Source: the human T2T-CHM13v2.0 reference genome, Homo sapiens. From it: 64,000 nt of DNA. This document shows, piece after piece, positions 33,114 to 46,100 of this stretch (positions are counted from its first letter, which is position 1; every line of letters begins with the position of its first letter). The stretch is taken from NCBI RefSeq assembly GCF_009914755.1, contig NC_060927.1, one strand, 5' to 3'. A program made the translations under genes and the position numbers. The notes under the pieces are model-generated. The model was given only the letters and a program-made list of their open reading frames with translations, searched no databases and was not told the DNA's origin.

Positions 33114-33738
33114 CACCGGCTCCCACGGGGACCCTGAGGACCGTGCAGGGATGCCAAGCAGCCGGCTGGACTTTCGGACTCTTGGACTTTTGGATGCCTG
33201 GCCTTAGGCTGTGGCCCAGAAGCTGGAAGTTTGGGAAAGGCCCAAGCTGGGACTTCTCCAGGCCTGTGTTCCCTCCCCAGGAAGTGCGCCCCAAACCTCT
33301 TCATATTGAAGATGGATTAGGAGAGGGGGTGATGACCCCTCCCCAAGCCCCTCAGGGCCCAGACCTTCCTGCTCTCCAGCAGGGGATCCCCACAACCTCA
33401 CACTTGTCTGTTCTTCAGTGCTGGAGGTCCTGGCAGGGTCAGGCTGGGGTAAGCCGGGGTTCCACAGGGCCCAGCCCTGGCAGGGGTCTGGCCCCCCAGG
33501 TAGGCGGAGAGCAGTCCCTCCCTCAGGAACTGGAGGAGGGGACTCCAGGAATGGGGAAATGTGACACCACCATCCTGAAGCCAGCTTGCACCTCCAGTTT
33601 GCACAGGGATTTGTTCTGGGGGCTGAGGGCCCTGTCCCCACCCCCGCCCTTGGTGCTGTCATAAAAGGGCAGGCAGGGGCAGGCTGAGGAGTTGCCCTTT
33701 GCCCCCCAGAGACTGACTCTCAGAGCCAGAGATGGGAT

Positions 33739-33744
<6 letters not shown>

Positions 33745-33777
<33 letters not shown>

Positions 33778-33800
33778 CGCGCGTGTGTGTGTGCACGCAC
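33745..33800 (+). repeat. Compound (GT)12(GC)7(GT)5 GCACGCAC microsatellite in the 3'UTR
   Basis: 56 nt of uninterrupted purine-pyrimidine alternation. Confidence 0.95.
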
Positions 33801-33880
33801 TGGCCTGCACAGAGAGCATGGGTGAGCGTGTAAAAGCTTGGCCCTGTGCCCTACAATGGGGCCAGCTGGGCCGACAGCAG

Positions 33881-33886
33881 AATAAA
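33881..33886 (+). terminator. Polyadenylation signal AATAAA
   Basis: First canonical hexamer after the stop codon, followed by pyrimidine/U-rich downstream sequence. Confidence 0.88.
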
Positions 33887-34819
33887 GGCAATAAGATGAT
33901 TCTCTTGCCCCTTCTTATTCCTCCTCCCAAAGCAAGATTCCCTGATTCAGAGTTCACAGTCCCTGGCTGCCAACCCTTCGCAACTCCCTGGAGGCATTGG
34001 GAAACCAGATCTGGGCCCATCCAGGCTCAGTTTCCCCTTTGTGCTTGGCCCTCACTGCTTTGAACACCTAACGCACTTCTTGGAAGTGGGTCAGTGGCAA
34101 CGGAGAGCTAACTACCCCAGAGCTCCTTCCTTCTAAGGCAGAGACCTTCCTGGGGTGGGGGCAGGCTCTTGTGTCTGGATGGTGTTTTACTGAGTCGGTT
34201 CCCAGCCTTTGTCTTTAAGGGAGCTGAGGGTAGAGGGGGTTGATCAGTTCCCAGGGTCACATGACCAAGGACAAAGGGAAGGAGAGCCACTGGTGTTCAG
34301 AGGCTGAGGCCCGGAAGTTCGGCTGCTCCTCACTGAGGCTTCCTATGCCCAGGCGCTGGGCTAAATGCTCCATTTATACACGGATCTTATTTAATCTCAC
34401 AACAACCCAGCCAGGCAAGGAAGTATTTTTAACTGCTTTTTACAGAAGAGGAAAAGGAGAGGTTAAGTAACTTGCCCAAAGTCGCTGAGCCAGTAAGTGA
34501 GGCCCGCGGCTGTGATTCCCACCCAGAGACTGCCTGCATACTTGAAAGGTTCAGAGGATAAATAACAAGAACCGGGGAGAGGGTTAGGAAAACAGCTTCT
34601 GGAAATGTCAAAGGAGAAAGCGTGGTGGGGGGCCCTCAGAGGCCCTTCGGACGCAGGAACAGGCGGGGGAGGGGGGAAGTGCAGTCATGTTCCCAGTATC
34701 GGGAGGCATCCTTGGGCAGCAAAGCTTTGTGCTTTCCGAGAGACCTGCATACCCTGGGTAGGGTCCCTGGGTAGGCACAGAGGCATGGACAGACACCACG
34801 CCATGTAGATGAGAGGTTC

Positions 34820-35900
34820 ACGTGTCGCGGCCCCACACCTCTCCCTGGACGCGTCCAGGCAGCGCAGAGCTTCCCAGGGGAAATCTAAGCGAGAGGCTGC
34901 ACCTAGGGGTCTGCGGAGCCGCAGGCCTGGAAGCATGCGACCGTGATTTCAGGCTCTGGGGTGAAGGCCCAGGGAGGCCGCGCGGAGGAGGCCGCGGGCG
35001 AAGGTTGCAGGGTCTGCTGCGTGGCGCACTCCCGGCCGCGGAAGCCGACGGCGATCGGAGGAGCCTGGGAGCGGCCCTGGCAGCGGCCCTGGCACAGCTG
35101 GCGGCGGCGCGGGCTCCTCAGGCCGCCCCCGTCCTTCACCGCGCGCTCCCGCGCTGGGGCTGCTCGGCGGCGCCCGCTCCTTAGTATTCCCCCCACGGAG
35201 CCCAGCCGCGCCGCCGCAGCCGGCCCGGGGGAGGGGCGCCCCGCACAGCTAAGCTCTCTGCGTCCCCGGGGCGGACGCGGGGAGGGGAGGGGAAGGGACG
35301 CAGCCTCTCCGCCCAGGCCTCCTTCCTCCCCTAGTGGGGGGGAGGGGCTGTGCGGGGGCAGGGGCGGGCGATGCGGGGGCCCAAGGTGGCCCTTGGACTA
35401 GGCGCCGGAGCTGTCAACGGGGCGAGGTGTGGCGGGCGGCCGGGGGAGGGGACGCGGTGCCGAGTGGCCTCCTGCACAGCCGCTCAGCATTCCCCGGCTG
35501 CAGGCGCAAATAAAGCGGAGGGGGCGCGCGGAGCTCCTGCTCAAGGGTCCACTTCCTACTCTCGAAGCTAGGGAATGGGGAGGGATCCGTGGCCCGGGAG
35601 TCCTGCGAAGCCTTCCTCGCCATCCTGTGCCATCGCCCTGACCTTTATAGCGGGAGTCTGGGTGGAGGGCGCGGAGATGCTGGGGTGGGGGCTCCACTCG
35701 CATAGGTGTGACATCGCCCTCTACTGGGTCCGCAGGGAGGGCAAGATCGTGGTCGTTTAGCGCCAAGGCGGGAGGGGCCCTGGAAACCACACGATCAGGG
35801 GAACTCTTGGACTGTGCGCCCCAGGTCGAGGATCTCGAGGGATGTCTTGAGCCCAGAGGTCCGGGGGAAGTAAGGTACTCTGTCGGCTGTGCCTTGTGCA
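34820..35900. promoter_or_regulatory. CpG island about 1 kb downstream of the EPHB3 poly(A) site
   Basis: Dense CpG, GC boxes and G-runs; no credible ORF. Confidence 0.8.
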
Positions 35901-38009
35901 GCCACCACGCATACCTCGCTCCTCCTGTATCCAGGTATCCTCGCCTGCATGCGTGCCCTCTCCTGCCACTTGCCCACGGAAACAGCTGACAGGCACACTT
36001 CACTGACCCAAGCTACAGCACAGCACAGCCCTTACTCCCTCACTCACGGTCATTCGTCCTCAGTCACTTGACCCTCTAGGCCCCACCTTCCAAGCCCACA
36101 CGCCCTAAGAGTCTCCCATGGCAGAACGGGTAGGGGAAGGGATGCAGAGAGGGAAGAAAAGCCATCCCCTTCCTGGAAGGCGCCTCCCGCCCCCAGCGCA
36201 CTTCCTACCGGAACCGCTTCACCTAACTAACCTGTGTCTCACTGGAAAGGGCTGGGAGGAGTCCTCAGAACCCCCAGCAGGATTGCAAGGAGGGAGGGCT
36301 ATGATTAAAGCAGAGGAAGAGACAGAAGAGAGAGGGCGCCTCAGGAGTTGTCTGGCTCTTCTGGGGACAGATAAGGAGTGAGAGGGAATGAGATTTTAGT
36401 AGGCCTAGTGTTGGTTACTTTCACACTTCCTGGGGGCAGAAAATTAGATCTCCCAAGTTAGGGCTAAAAGGAAGTCGGTGGGAGTGAGGGGTTGTTGAGG
36501 CTTAGGAAGGGGCTGCTCCCCCTTGATTCCCTCATTCCACTTGCCCCATGGGGGCAGTTATAGCCCCAAAGGAACCACTTCTTGCCCTCACTATGCCTGA
36601 GCTCAGAGAGTAGGAACAGCTAGGGAGCAAAGGTGCTTTAGTCTGTGCTCAGCCCCTGAGCACAGGGAGAGGTGCCCAGGACAGCAGGTGAGGGAGAGGG
36701 ACCTGGATAGCAGTCCTTAGACCTAAGCCTGAGTGGCCAGACCTTGGATTATAACCCAGAAAATGTGGGTAGTGCCATGGGAAGGGCTGCCTATTTATGT
36801 ACGGGCAGACCGGGGTTCAAAGCCCATCTCTTTTGTTTCTATACCTCTCTGCCTCAATGCCCTCGGTTATAAAAAGGTCTAGTTATCATTTCTATATCAT
36901 GAGATTGTTAAATCAGTAAATACATGTAAAGTATGTGCCAGGATTGTAGTAAGTGCTCAAAAATGTTAGCTATTTTTTATTTGTATGAAGTTTGAAGAAA
37001 ATATAGAAGCAAATAGGAAAATGCTGAACAGTGCTTGGCACATAGCAGGGATGGAATAAACCAAGGCACTAGGAGAAATCCACCAACTCCATTCAGGTCT
37101 CTCTGGAAGGGAAGAGGGTGAGGAAGCTAAAGGGGCAGAGAAAGAGGTCCCACCCACGGGGCTCCTGGACGTTTTGCTGCAGGCCTAGCCCGGGCCCTGG
37201 ATCAGTTCTTGGGGTAGGGCTGCTGGGGCCTGGATGGTTTCAAGGCCACGGGAATGTGGCACATTGCTGAGAGGGCAAGTGTGGCTCAAGCCTTCTGGCT
37301 TTTTCTCAGCACACTGATCCTGGGCCCGCTTGGGGAAATGGAACTGTTTCCCTCCAATAGTCATTCTTCAAGTGTGTACTAGAGAACTCTTGTGTGCCAG
37401 GCACTGTGCTGGGCACTGGGGATACTGCGATGAGCAAGAACATAGAAGATCAATGCTTCAAAGAGCTTCAAGTCTAATAGGGAACAGGGATGTGATTCAA
37501 ATATACATGCAGATAATTGTATCTAATTACAGGTCGAGGTAAATGTTACAGAAACGAAGTTGAGTGTTGTGGAACTAAATCACAGTTCTAGGGACCTCAG
37601 CTAGTCTTGGGCAGGGCTGGGGGCTCTCTGACCCTTTATTTGATGCCCAGCAGAGGGAGCTGGGACCTCCCCCCCCATTACCCTCCAGGTCCTTTTAACC
37701 TTTTAGTCTCTGACCCTGAGCATATCTTCATTCACTCCCCAACTCATTCATTCATTTATTCAACATACTTTCACTGGGGAGTTCTATAGACCAGGTCCAG
37801 TGTAAGGAGCTGGGGATAATGGGGATAAACCAGCTTACAGCCCCCACTCCCTGGAGGTGTGCACAGCTGAGAGGGTCCCTGATATATAAACCAATGAATG
37901 CAATGTGGTAAGTGCCACAGGGTAAGTTCTATACCTGGGTAAGCATTCCAAGTGCTGTAAGGAAGGGACCTAGGCCAAAATACTGTCAAAAAGGGCTCCG
38001 AGAAGTTGA

Positions 38010-38318
<309 letters not shown>

Positions 38319-40099
38319 TTCTTGAATTCAATCTTGGTGGCTCTGTTGCAGTTAGCAAGAAGAGAGAAGGGAGTGGTATATGCAAAGGTCCTAGGGCCCA
38401 TGAGAGCAGGGCAGGCTAGGGGCCCTCATTCCAACTCAGAGGATGAGGAAGGAACACGGTCATGAACATATGATATTGCCCAAGCCTTCCCTTTTCCGTA
38501 AGTCATCCCCAGGCGGGGGCCACCTGCTTCTCACAGATCAGAGGAGTAGTCTTGGGCTTCTGGCCTCAGCAGTTCTTGGTTCCACAGAGTTCCTCGGGCA
38601 CCCTCTATGTTGCTACTTCCTCAGCCCTTTGTTCTACGTCTTCTCTGCTGCAAGGCACATCTGTCCACAAGGGTTTCTGAATACGCGATGCACTCTGTGC
38701 CTCCAAGGAAAGGCTCAGAGAGGTTAAATGACTTGCCGAAGATCACAGAGCCAGTCCCTGACAGAGACAAAATCCAGATCCCATCTACCCTGTCCCCAGT
38801 TCTGTGTTCTTCCCCTACAACAGGATACCTAGGAAGGGGGTCCAGGGAAACCCAGAAGTGCTCCACTTGGATGACACACTCCGGCCCTTCCTGCCCACTT
38901 CGGAGTGACCCCTCCTGCCCCTTAGTTGCACATATTTTAAGGGCTGCTTCAGCTTTCATTTTTTCAGAGAGGGGAGGAGAGAGATTGGAGGGAAGCTGGG
39001 CACCCAGGCACTGAAGGCACTTGTCAGGAGCACAGCCCAGGTTCTAGCTTGGGGGTGGGGCAGACGGGCAAGGGGCTCTCTCCCTCCACCGTCTCTCCCT
39101 GCCCCTCTCTGTTTCTCATTCATTATTCCCATCTCATAAAGCAGGAATGAAAACAGACTCAGGATCTGGCTGGAGGCCTTCGGTGACATCAGTCCAGAGG
39201 TGGCTGCCCTGACCCTGACTACTGGGGGCTGAAGAGACCTCCTTCCCTACTTTGTCCTGGCTTGGCAGAGAGAAGGAGAAAGGCAAGAGTCAACTCTCCC
39301 TGAATCCCTCTCCCTTCTGGGGCACCGAACTTGGGACAGGTAAGAAAGGTGGCACTTGCCTGAAGGGACCAGAAAGGGTGTGTCTGCAGGAATGTGAGGG
39401 GTACTGGAGTTGGCTTTGGCCAGACACCACTGCCTCCCACACACCCTGCCACTCCTTCCCCACTGCCACCCCAGCACCACTCCCGGCCATTGTTCTCCAA
39501 ACATCCCCTACACTTCCTTTCGAAGCCCCCTCTGTTACAGAGGTCTTCCTTTATACTCCCTGCTCCTGCCTTCTTCCCAGCCTCACCTCCCATGGCCTTT
39601 CCAAGCCCAGGTCAGCTCACACTCTGGCTTCTGAAACTTGGTATCTGGCTGACCAGATTCTTCTTGGCTCCGGCCTCTTGGCTCTCCTACCCAGATGCTG
39701 ACCTCTCACCTGCCATGACTTCCACCATTCCTAGTTGGCCTCTTGACAGCACATTAGGCTACCCTTTGAGCCTGGTCATCATGTAGCCATCTCCTCCAAG
39801 ATTGCAAGTCAGATATTGCAGGCTCTCATCCATTCTTCCTCTCTGCCTAGTTTCAAAATGTGGCCCCCAAACCCCTTCTTCTCCCCACCTGTGGACCTTC
39901 TGAGATGCTCTTCTCTCCTAGCCCAACCTGGATTACTCCCACTCCCAAACATCCCCACCACCATCTCTCTGAATAATCCTTTTCTTGTTTTGCTAATTTC
40001 CAGGAACATTCCCCCACAACAGCTGGTACAGGCTTTTCTACACTACTCAAGGCCCCAGTTGTACCTTCTTCCATTCTCAGCAGAGTTTCTCACCTTCAA

Positions 40100-40780
40100 A
40101 TGTACTAAAATAATGCAGCCTCTCAACAAACACTCACTGAGACTTCTTTGCCAGGCAATGGAGATAAGTGAGCCCCCTCAAGGAGTCCACAGGCCAGTGG
40201 AGGAGAAGGAAATGCAACAGGGTGATATAGGAATATTCTTGGTGTCACTGATGGATTTTGAGGATAGTGCCATCATGAGGACAGTGTTTAGGGAAGAGGA
40301 GTGAGGCAGGTGTGGGAGGGACTGGAGGATGTAGAGATAGTGGCAGGAAGGCAGAGAAAGATGCCACAGTCTAGGTGAAGGGTAAGAAGGTCCTGGTTGG
40401 AGATGGGGTGAGGAGGAGGTGCTGCCGAGGTGACGGGTGTGAATGATCTTGCAAAGGTAAGTAGCAACGTGCTTGGTGACTGATGGGATGTGGGAGGGGA
40501 GAGATAATAGATGTCTGAGCGTGGGTGATTTTGGGGACTGGCAGTAGGGCATACTTTGGTACCACTTGTGGATCCAGAAAGTACAGGAGAAGGAATAGTA
40601 AGTGTGAAGGAGAATAATGAGTTCAGTTTGAGGCTTGCCAGGAGAGATGCCCCATAAGCCATTGAATATCTGATCTGGAGCCACTAGGCACAGCATGGAA
40701 GCCCGGGATGAAGTACGGATAGTGGGCAGGATTGCCTGGGAGAGTTGTGGAGAGAAGAGTAGAAGCTGAGGTGGGTATGA
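40100..40780. mobile_element. L2 relic (bounds approximate)
   Basis: gagttcagtttgaggcttgccaggagagatgccc...gagagaagagtagaagctgagg resemble L2. Confidence 0.5.
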
Positions 40781-40989
40781 GGGAATGCCTCCTGGCTGCT
40801 CATGCAGGCATTGTTCATGCCTCTCCAAGAGCTTTCACCACACTGCATTGTAAATGTTCCTGTTTGTCTACTCCCACACCATCAGCTTCTCAAATGAAAT
40901 CTTAGAATAAGAACAACTACAATTACCATTACTGAATGCTTACTGTGTCAGGCACTGTGCTAAGAACCTTATTAGGTTATTCCATTTAA

Positions 40990-41675
40990 CATAAATGAAT
41001 TAATAGATGAATGAAATAATGGATGTGAGGATATAGTACCTGGATGGATGTATGAGTAAAATATGTATATGTTGATGTACATATGGACAAGTAGGTAAGT
41101 TGATGGGTGAATGAATGGGCAGATCAGAAGATGAATGGAAGGATGAATAGAGGAGTAGATAGACAAACTATGTATGAATGATGAATAGTTGGCTGAATGG
41201 ATGATGGGTAGGTGAGTGGACAGAGAAGTGGACATGTGAATGGATGGAGGGTTGAATGAATGGTAGGGTGGATGAAAGAATAGACAGGCAGGTGTGTGGA
41301 TGAGAGAATGCATGGATGAATGGGTGGATGGATGGAGGGGTAGGTAGAAAAATACATGAATAGATAGAAGAATGGAAGAGTAGAAAGAATGATGAAAAAA
41401 GAAAGAAGAAATGAAAACTAAATCAATACACAAGCAGAAATGAGAAGATAGATAAGTAGATGAATGGGTGAATGAATAGATGGATAGATAAATAGATGGG
41501 TGGATGGAAAGATGAATGGTAGGATGGATGAATGGATAGACAATGGGAATATGGATGAAAAGATGAATGAATGGATGGATAATTGAAGGACTAGATAGCA
41601 GGATCGCTAGATGAATGAATGGTTCGATCAATGAGTGGATGAGTAAATGGATGGATTAATGGATGTGTGGATGGC
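40990..41675. repeat. Degenerate (TGGA/TGAA)n simple repeat, about 0.7 kb
   Basis: Repeated ggat/gaat/agat tetramers; source of the low-complexity 219-aa minus-strand ORF. Confidence 0.9.
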
Positions 41676-42992
41676 TTCTCCCTCTCTCCCCTGTTATAAT
41701 CGCTTTAACAGTCCTAATCCAGAAACCCCAGGACCAAAGCAGATGCCAGGTTTGGAGGGTTGTGATTAGAGTGGGAAACTTATTGGCATCACAGGAAGTG
41801 TCAGGGGAAGGAGGAGTGTTTTGTGGGGCTGCCAGGACAGCCATATCTATTCCCAGGTAAAAAAGTGGTTTTTAGGAAGTAGCATTCAGGCAGGCAGGAA
41901 GCAATGAGGACTTGCTGAGTTAAAAAATAGGACCTACCTCCAAAGGCATCTGGGGAAGTGGTGGCAATCCCCAGTTCATAGTCTGATAGGCCCAGTTGCA
42001 GGCCTTCAGTTCAGTTCTACTATCTAGGAGCTGTGTGACCTTGGACAAGTTCACTTAACCTTTCTGACTTTCCTCATTTGTAAAATGAACCAGCAACATC
42101 TACCTCACACGGTCACTGAGAGAATAAAACAAGATGTTGCAAAGAAAGCACAAATGCCTTCAAGAAATAATAAAATATGTAGATTTCATTTTTGGTAGGG
42201 GAAGATAAACTAAGGAAGCTTCACTTTGTGTCTGTTTAGGAAGAAGTGTGAGTTTGGTGTGCGGGGATGATGGCATCATGGTCTAGGGTCCCCATGGCCT
42301 CTGGGCATTAGCACAGCCTCATAGGGTTCTCCTCGAGAAGCCCCCTCCTGCTTCCTGCTCCCGCAGGCTCGGGTCCTTGGAGATTTCCCAAGGCCAGAGC
42401 TGGAGGAAGTAGCATCAGGGTGCGGGTGGGGGCAGGAGCTAGCCTTGGAGCCCCTCCCTCTAGCCCGACCCTCCCTCTCTGGGCCAGGTGCCAGCAGACA
42501 GGGCACCCAGCTCTGTATGAAACAAAGAAGAGCTGCTTGTTGTGGAGGATGAGTCATGGAGACCCCAGAATGGCCCTGGGAGGAAGTGGGGAGAGGGCTC
42601 CTCCCCCAGCCCATCCCCAGGAACAGGACTTCTCCCACAGCTGGACCTCGCTGTGGAGGATGTGGATTAAAGGGAGCCAGGAACTGGGATTTGTACCTTT
42701 TTCCTCCCCACGACTTTCTTTTACCTCCCTTGTTTCATTTTCTCTCCATCACATTGACATGTTTTCAGATGGAAGAACAGAGGCTGGGAAGCTTGCCTTG
42801 GGTCTTGCAGGTATTGACAATATTCAACACCTGGACTTTTGGCTCTGCTGGAGGCATTTCCTCCTCCTAAACTGGCTTGTACTGACCTTGAACATAGGAT
42901 AGGTGGAGAAAGACTGTGTCTTACACTAGACTTTTTATGTAATTTCATCTTCACAGCAATCCTGCAAGGATGACTTTATTACTCCATTTTAC

Positions 42993-43160
42993 TTTTTTTT
43001 CTGTTTTTGTTTTTTGGTTTTTGGTTTTTTTTGTATTTTTAGTAGAGATGGGGTTTCACCATGTTGCCCAGGCTGGTCTCGAACTCCTGAGCTCAAGCGA
43101 TCAACCTGCTTCAGCCTCCCAAAGTGCTGGGATTACAGGCGTGAACCACCGCGCCTGGCC
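42993..43160 (-). mobile_element. Alu left monomer (FLAM-like or truncated) inserted in a MIR
   Basis: Single monomer with T-rich tail; TSD actccattttac / actccgttttac. Confidence 0.9.
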
Positions 43161-46100
43161 ACTCCGTTTTACAGACAAGAAAACTGAGGCTCAGGGAAGT
43201 AACTTACCCAAGGTCACATGTCTGGTAAGGGTTAAAGCCTGGATAGAACCCAGGGTGTCTGACTCTTGACTAGAGTGGTACCTTAGAGAGAGGGCCTTGA
43301 GGACAGGGACCCCCTGGGGTCTGAGAGAGGAGGTGAGAGGCTCTGGAGGCATGAGGACCCGGGTACTGTTCGGTTTGACTCAGCGGCAGGACTCCTGGCT
43401 CCGCATGCAGCTCTGCGCCAGGAGCCCCAGGTCTCTGTGTGCAAAATGAAGATGCTGAAGCAGTGCCAACAGGGCCATACCCAGCCCCAGCCCCCACCAG
43501 AGGGCTCAGGAAATGACACACCTGAATGTAGAACAGATTGTTGGACCCATCTCCAGCATCACCTCCCAGGGGAAGGGTTTGCAGATGGTGGCTCAGCAGC
43601 CCCTAGCGGGGAGGAGGCCCAGGCCTCCTGGGTGGAGGAGTGCCCTCCACAGCCCAGACCCTGCCATGTAGTGTGGTGGGCACATGGGCCTGTGGGTCAG
43701 GTCCTGCTGTGTGACCTTAGACAATTTGCTAAATATCTCTGGGCCTCATACTCCTCTTTTGTAAACAAAAGGAGAAAATGTGTTCTGTCTACCTTCTGGG
43801 CAAAGGGCCTGGAGAAAGAGACCTCCTACCCCATGGGGATCTAACTGTGGATCACAACCCAGTCTCTGGAAAGAGGTGGGGGAACGGGAGCTCTGCACGA
43901 TCCTCCCATTGGTAAGGAGTGTTAGGCAGCACGAAACAGCACCCTGGGGGCTGCCTGGAATTTTTTTTCACAGCTCTGCCTGCGCATAAGGAGCTGCTTC
44001 CTCTTCGTACCCTTGCTATGGGATCTGAAACAGAGCCTTTTCTGCTCCTGCGGGAATAGAGAGTGTGTTAAGGGGCAGGCAGGGATGGCTCCTGGGATAG
44101 TGATCGGCTCTGCTGTGGCAGCTAAACTCTCCTATGGTCAAGGCCGGACACTGGGCTCAGCTCTAGATCATCTGCTCCTGGCACAGGCAGGGTGACTGAG
44201 GTACTCAAAGGGGCGGCCGGCAGAGCCTGAGCTCCCACGTTCTCAAGGCTGAGGCAGACAGCGCGAGCGGCCAGCCCACAGGGGCCTCTCTTTGGGGGCT
44301 GTAAGTTGTGTAGAGGCTGAAGTGCCCAGGAAGGAGTGGTGGGGACAGTGGTGTCATTTCAAGTGTGTGTGTGGGTCATCCCTTCTCCTTCCACACCCGC
44401 CTTGGCTGAGGCGGCAGCTCAGGCAGAAGGGAGTCTGGGGGGAGGTGAGGGCAGAGCTTTGCAAAGGAGGAGGCAGGAATTCTGGTTGGAAATCATTCAA
44501 ATGAGGCTATGAAACCAGAACCCTGTCTCAGAACAAATTGGCCAGATTTGGCCTGGGGCCGGGAGTACAGGGGGAGTGGAGGAGGTTGGGCCCTGGCTGA
44601 GCAGGGGAGGGGTTGGACAGGACTCTGATGTGTGGCCCCAGGAGGAGCCCAGCCTTGGGCTGTGATGGGAAAAAGGGGGCAGTCATCCCTGTTCCTCCTG
44701 CCACTCTGTGGTCTGCCTGCCATGACCTAGGAGGGAGCTGCCAGGCACCCCAGCCACCCTCTGGCCTGTCCTGGAGTGAAGGGATCCAGTCCATTGCTGA
44801 CACCTTCCAGGGCCACCCAGCTGTGACCCTGCCACAGTCCTGTCCCTGCCTTTTTATGGAGCAGAGGAGGCCCTGTGGCTCCCCAGCTCAGCAAGTATTC
44901 ATTCTCACTTTTCTGTTTCCCTTCTAAGTCCCATGCCAACAGCTCCAGGGATGAACTGGGCTGGGGGCTAGGGAGGGAGGGGTGAATCTCTGAGGCTTTG
45001 GGGTATGCCTTAACAAATGGGTTCTCACTCCTTGTCCTAACTAGGGGGGTGTCTGGGGGCCTCTCGCAGGGTTGCTAGGGGAATGCCTCTCCTCCCTAGT
45101 CAGAGCTGAGGATAGGCCTGGGTCACACACTGGGGAGGGTGGACACAGGGGTTCACTGCGGGGCCAGGCAAGAGCATGCATGGAGGAAAACGAGGCCTTC
45201 AGAGACCTATCAAAGGAGCTGCTGTGTGAGACAGGCAACCTTGGAGGGTCAGCCAGGTTCACGCCGCTGAGAGGGATGGAGGCCTGGGCTGATGGAGGAG
45301 TGGTGGAGGCAGCTGGGGATGGACTGACTAAGTGGGGAGTGGCCAGGCGCAGGACAGTAGGCTTCTCCTGTCCAGCTGGCAGGCTGCAGGCAGAGCCCCA
45401 GGGAGCGCTTTCTAGGGAGAAGCTCTGTCTGTCTGCCTATAGTGGTCTGAGTGTCTGGGCCCCTTCTCAGGGAGAAAAACAGGGTTCCTTAGCCACCCAG
45501 TCCCCACACCTCCTCTTCTAGACTGAAGGGCCAAAATCAAGCCTCAGAGCCAGACAGAAGCCGAACTCAGACACAAGCCGTGACCTCCCGCTTCCTGCCC
45601 GACCCTTCCCTCTTGCGACCCCAATCCTGGGGTCTGTCTGGCATCCCGTTCCTTAAACACTGCCCTCATCGTGCAGGCTTCTGCCCTTGTTTCCACGACA
45701 GGCGCTCCCACTTTCTGTCCCCATAGCCTTTCCTTTGACTCAAGTCTCGCCCCATGGAGAGGGAACCAGAGACTGGTTGGGACCCCCCTTCTTATTCTTC
45801 TCTGTGCCAACTAAGCATCCAGAGGGGACCTTACTTCCTACCCACCTCCAGTGTGGGGTCTCAGAGGCCTCTGACCTTCCCCCTCCCAGCCCCAGTGGAG
45901 GCTTCCAGAATCCTCTCTGCTCCCCACCACGTGGATTCCCAGGATCTCCTACCTGCCCCTCCGAGTGTGGGTCTGTCTCGTTCACTACTCTCAACACCCC
46001 CTATTCCACCCCAGCGAGCCCTCAGGATTCTCTCTGTTGTCTCCACACCCCAGCGTGGACTTCCAGGGGAGCCCTGGAAGAAAGGCGCTTCTCAGGCCAT

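Larger units (their letters stand above)
33114..33900 (+). other. EPHB3: EPHB3 3'UTR (end approximate)
   Basis: Lies between the stop codon and AATAAA at 33881. Confidence 0.85.

Noticed and set aside
40972-41631. 219-aa His/Ile/Pro/Ser ORF
   Set aside because: Translation of the degenerate (TCCA)n simple repeat
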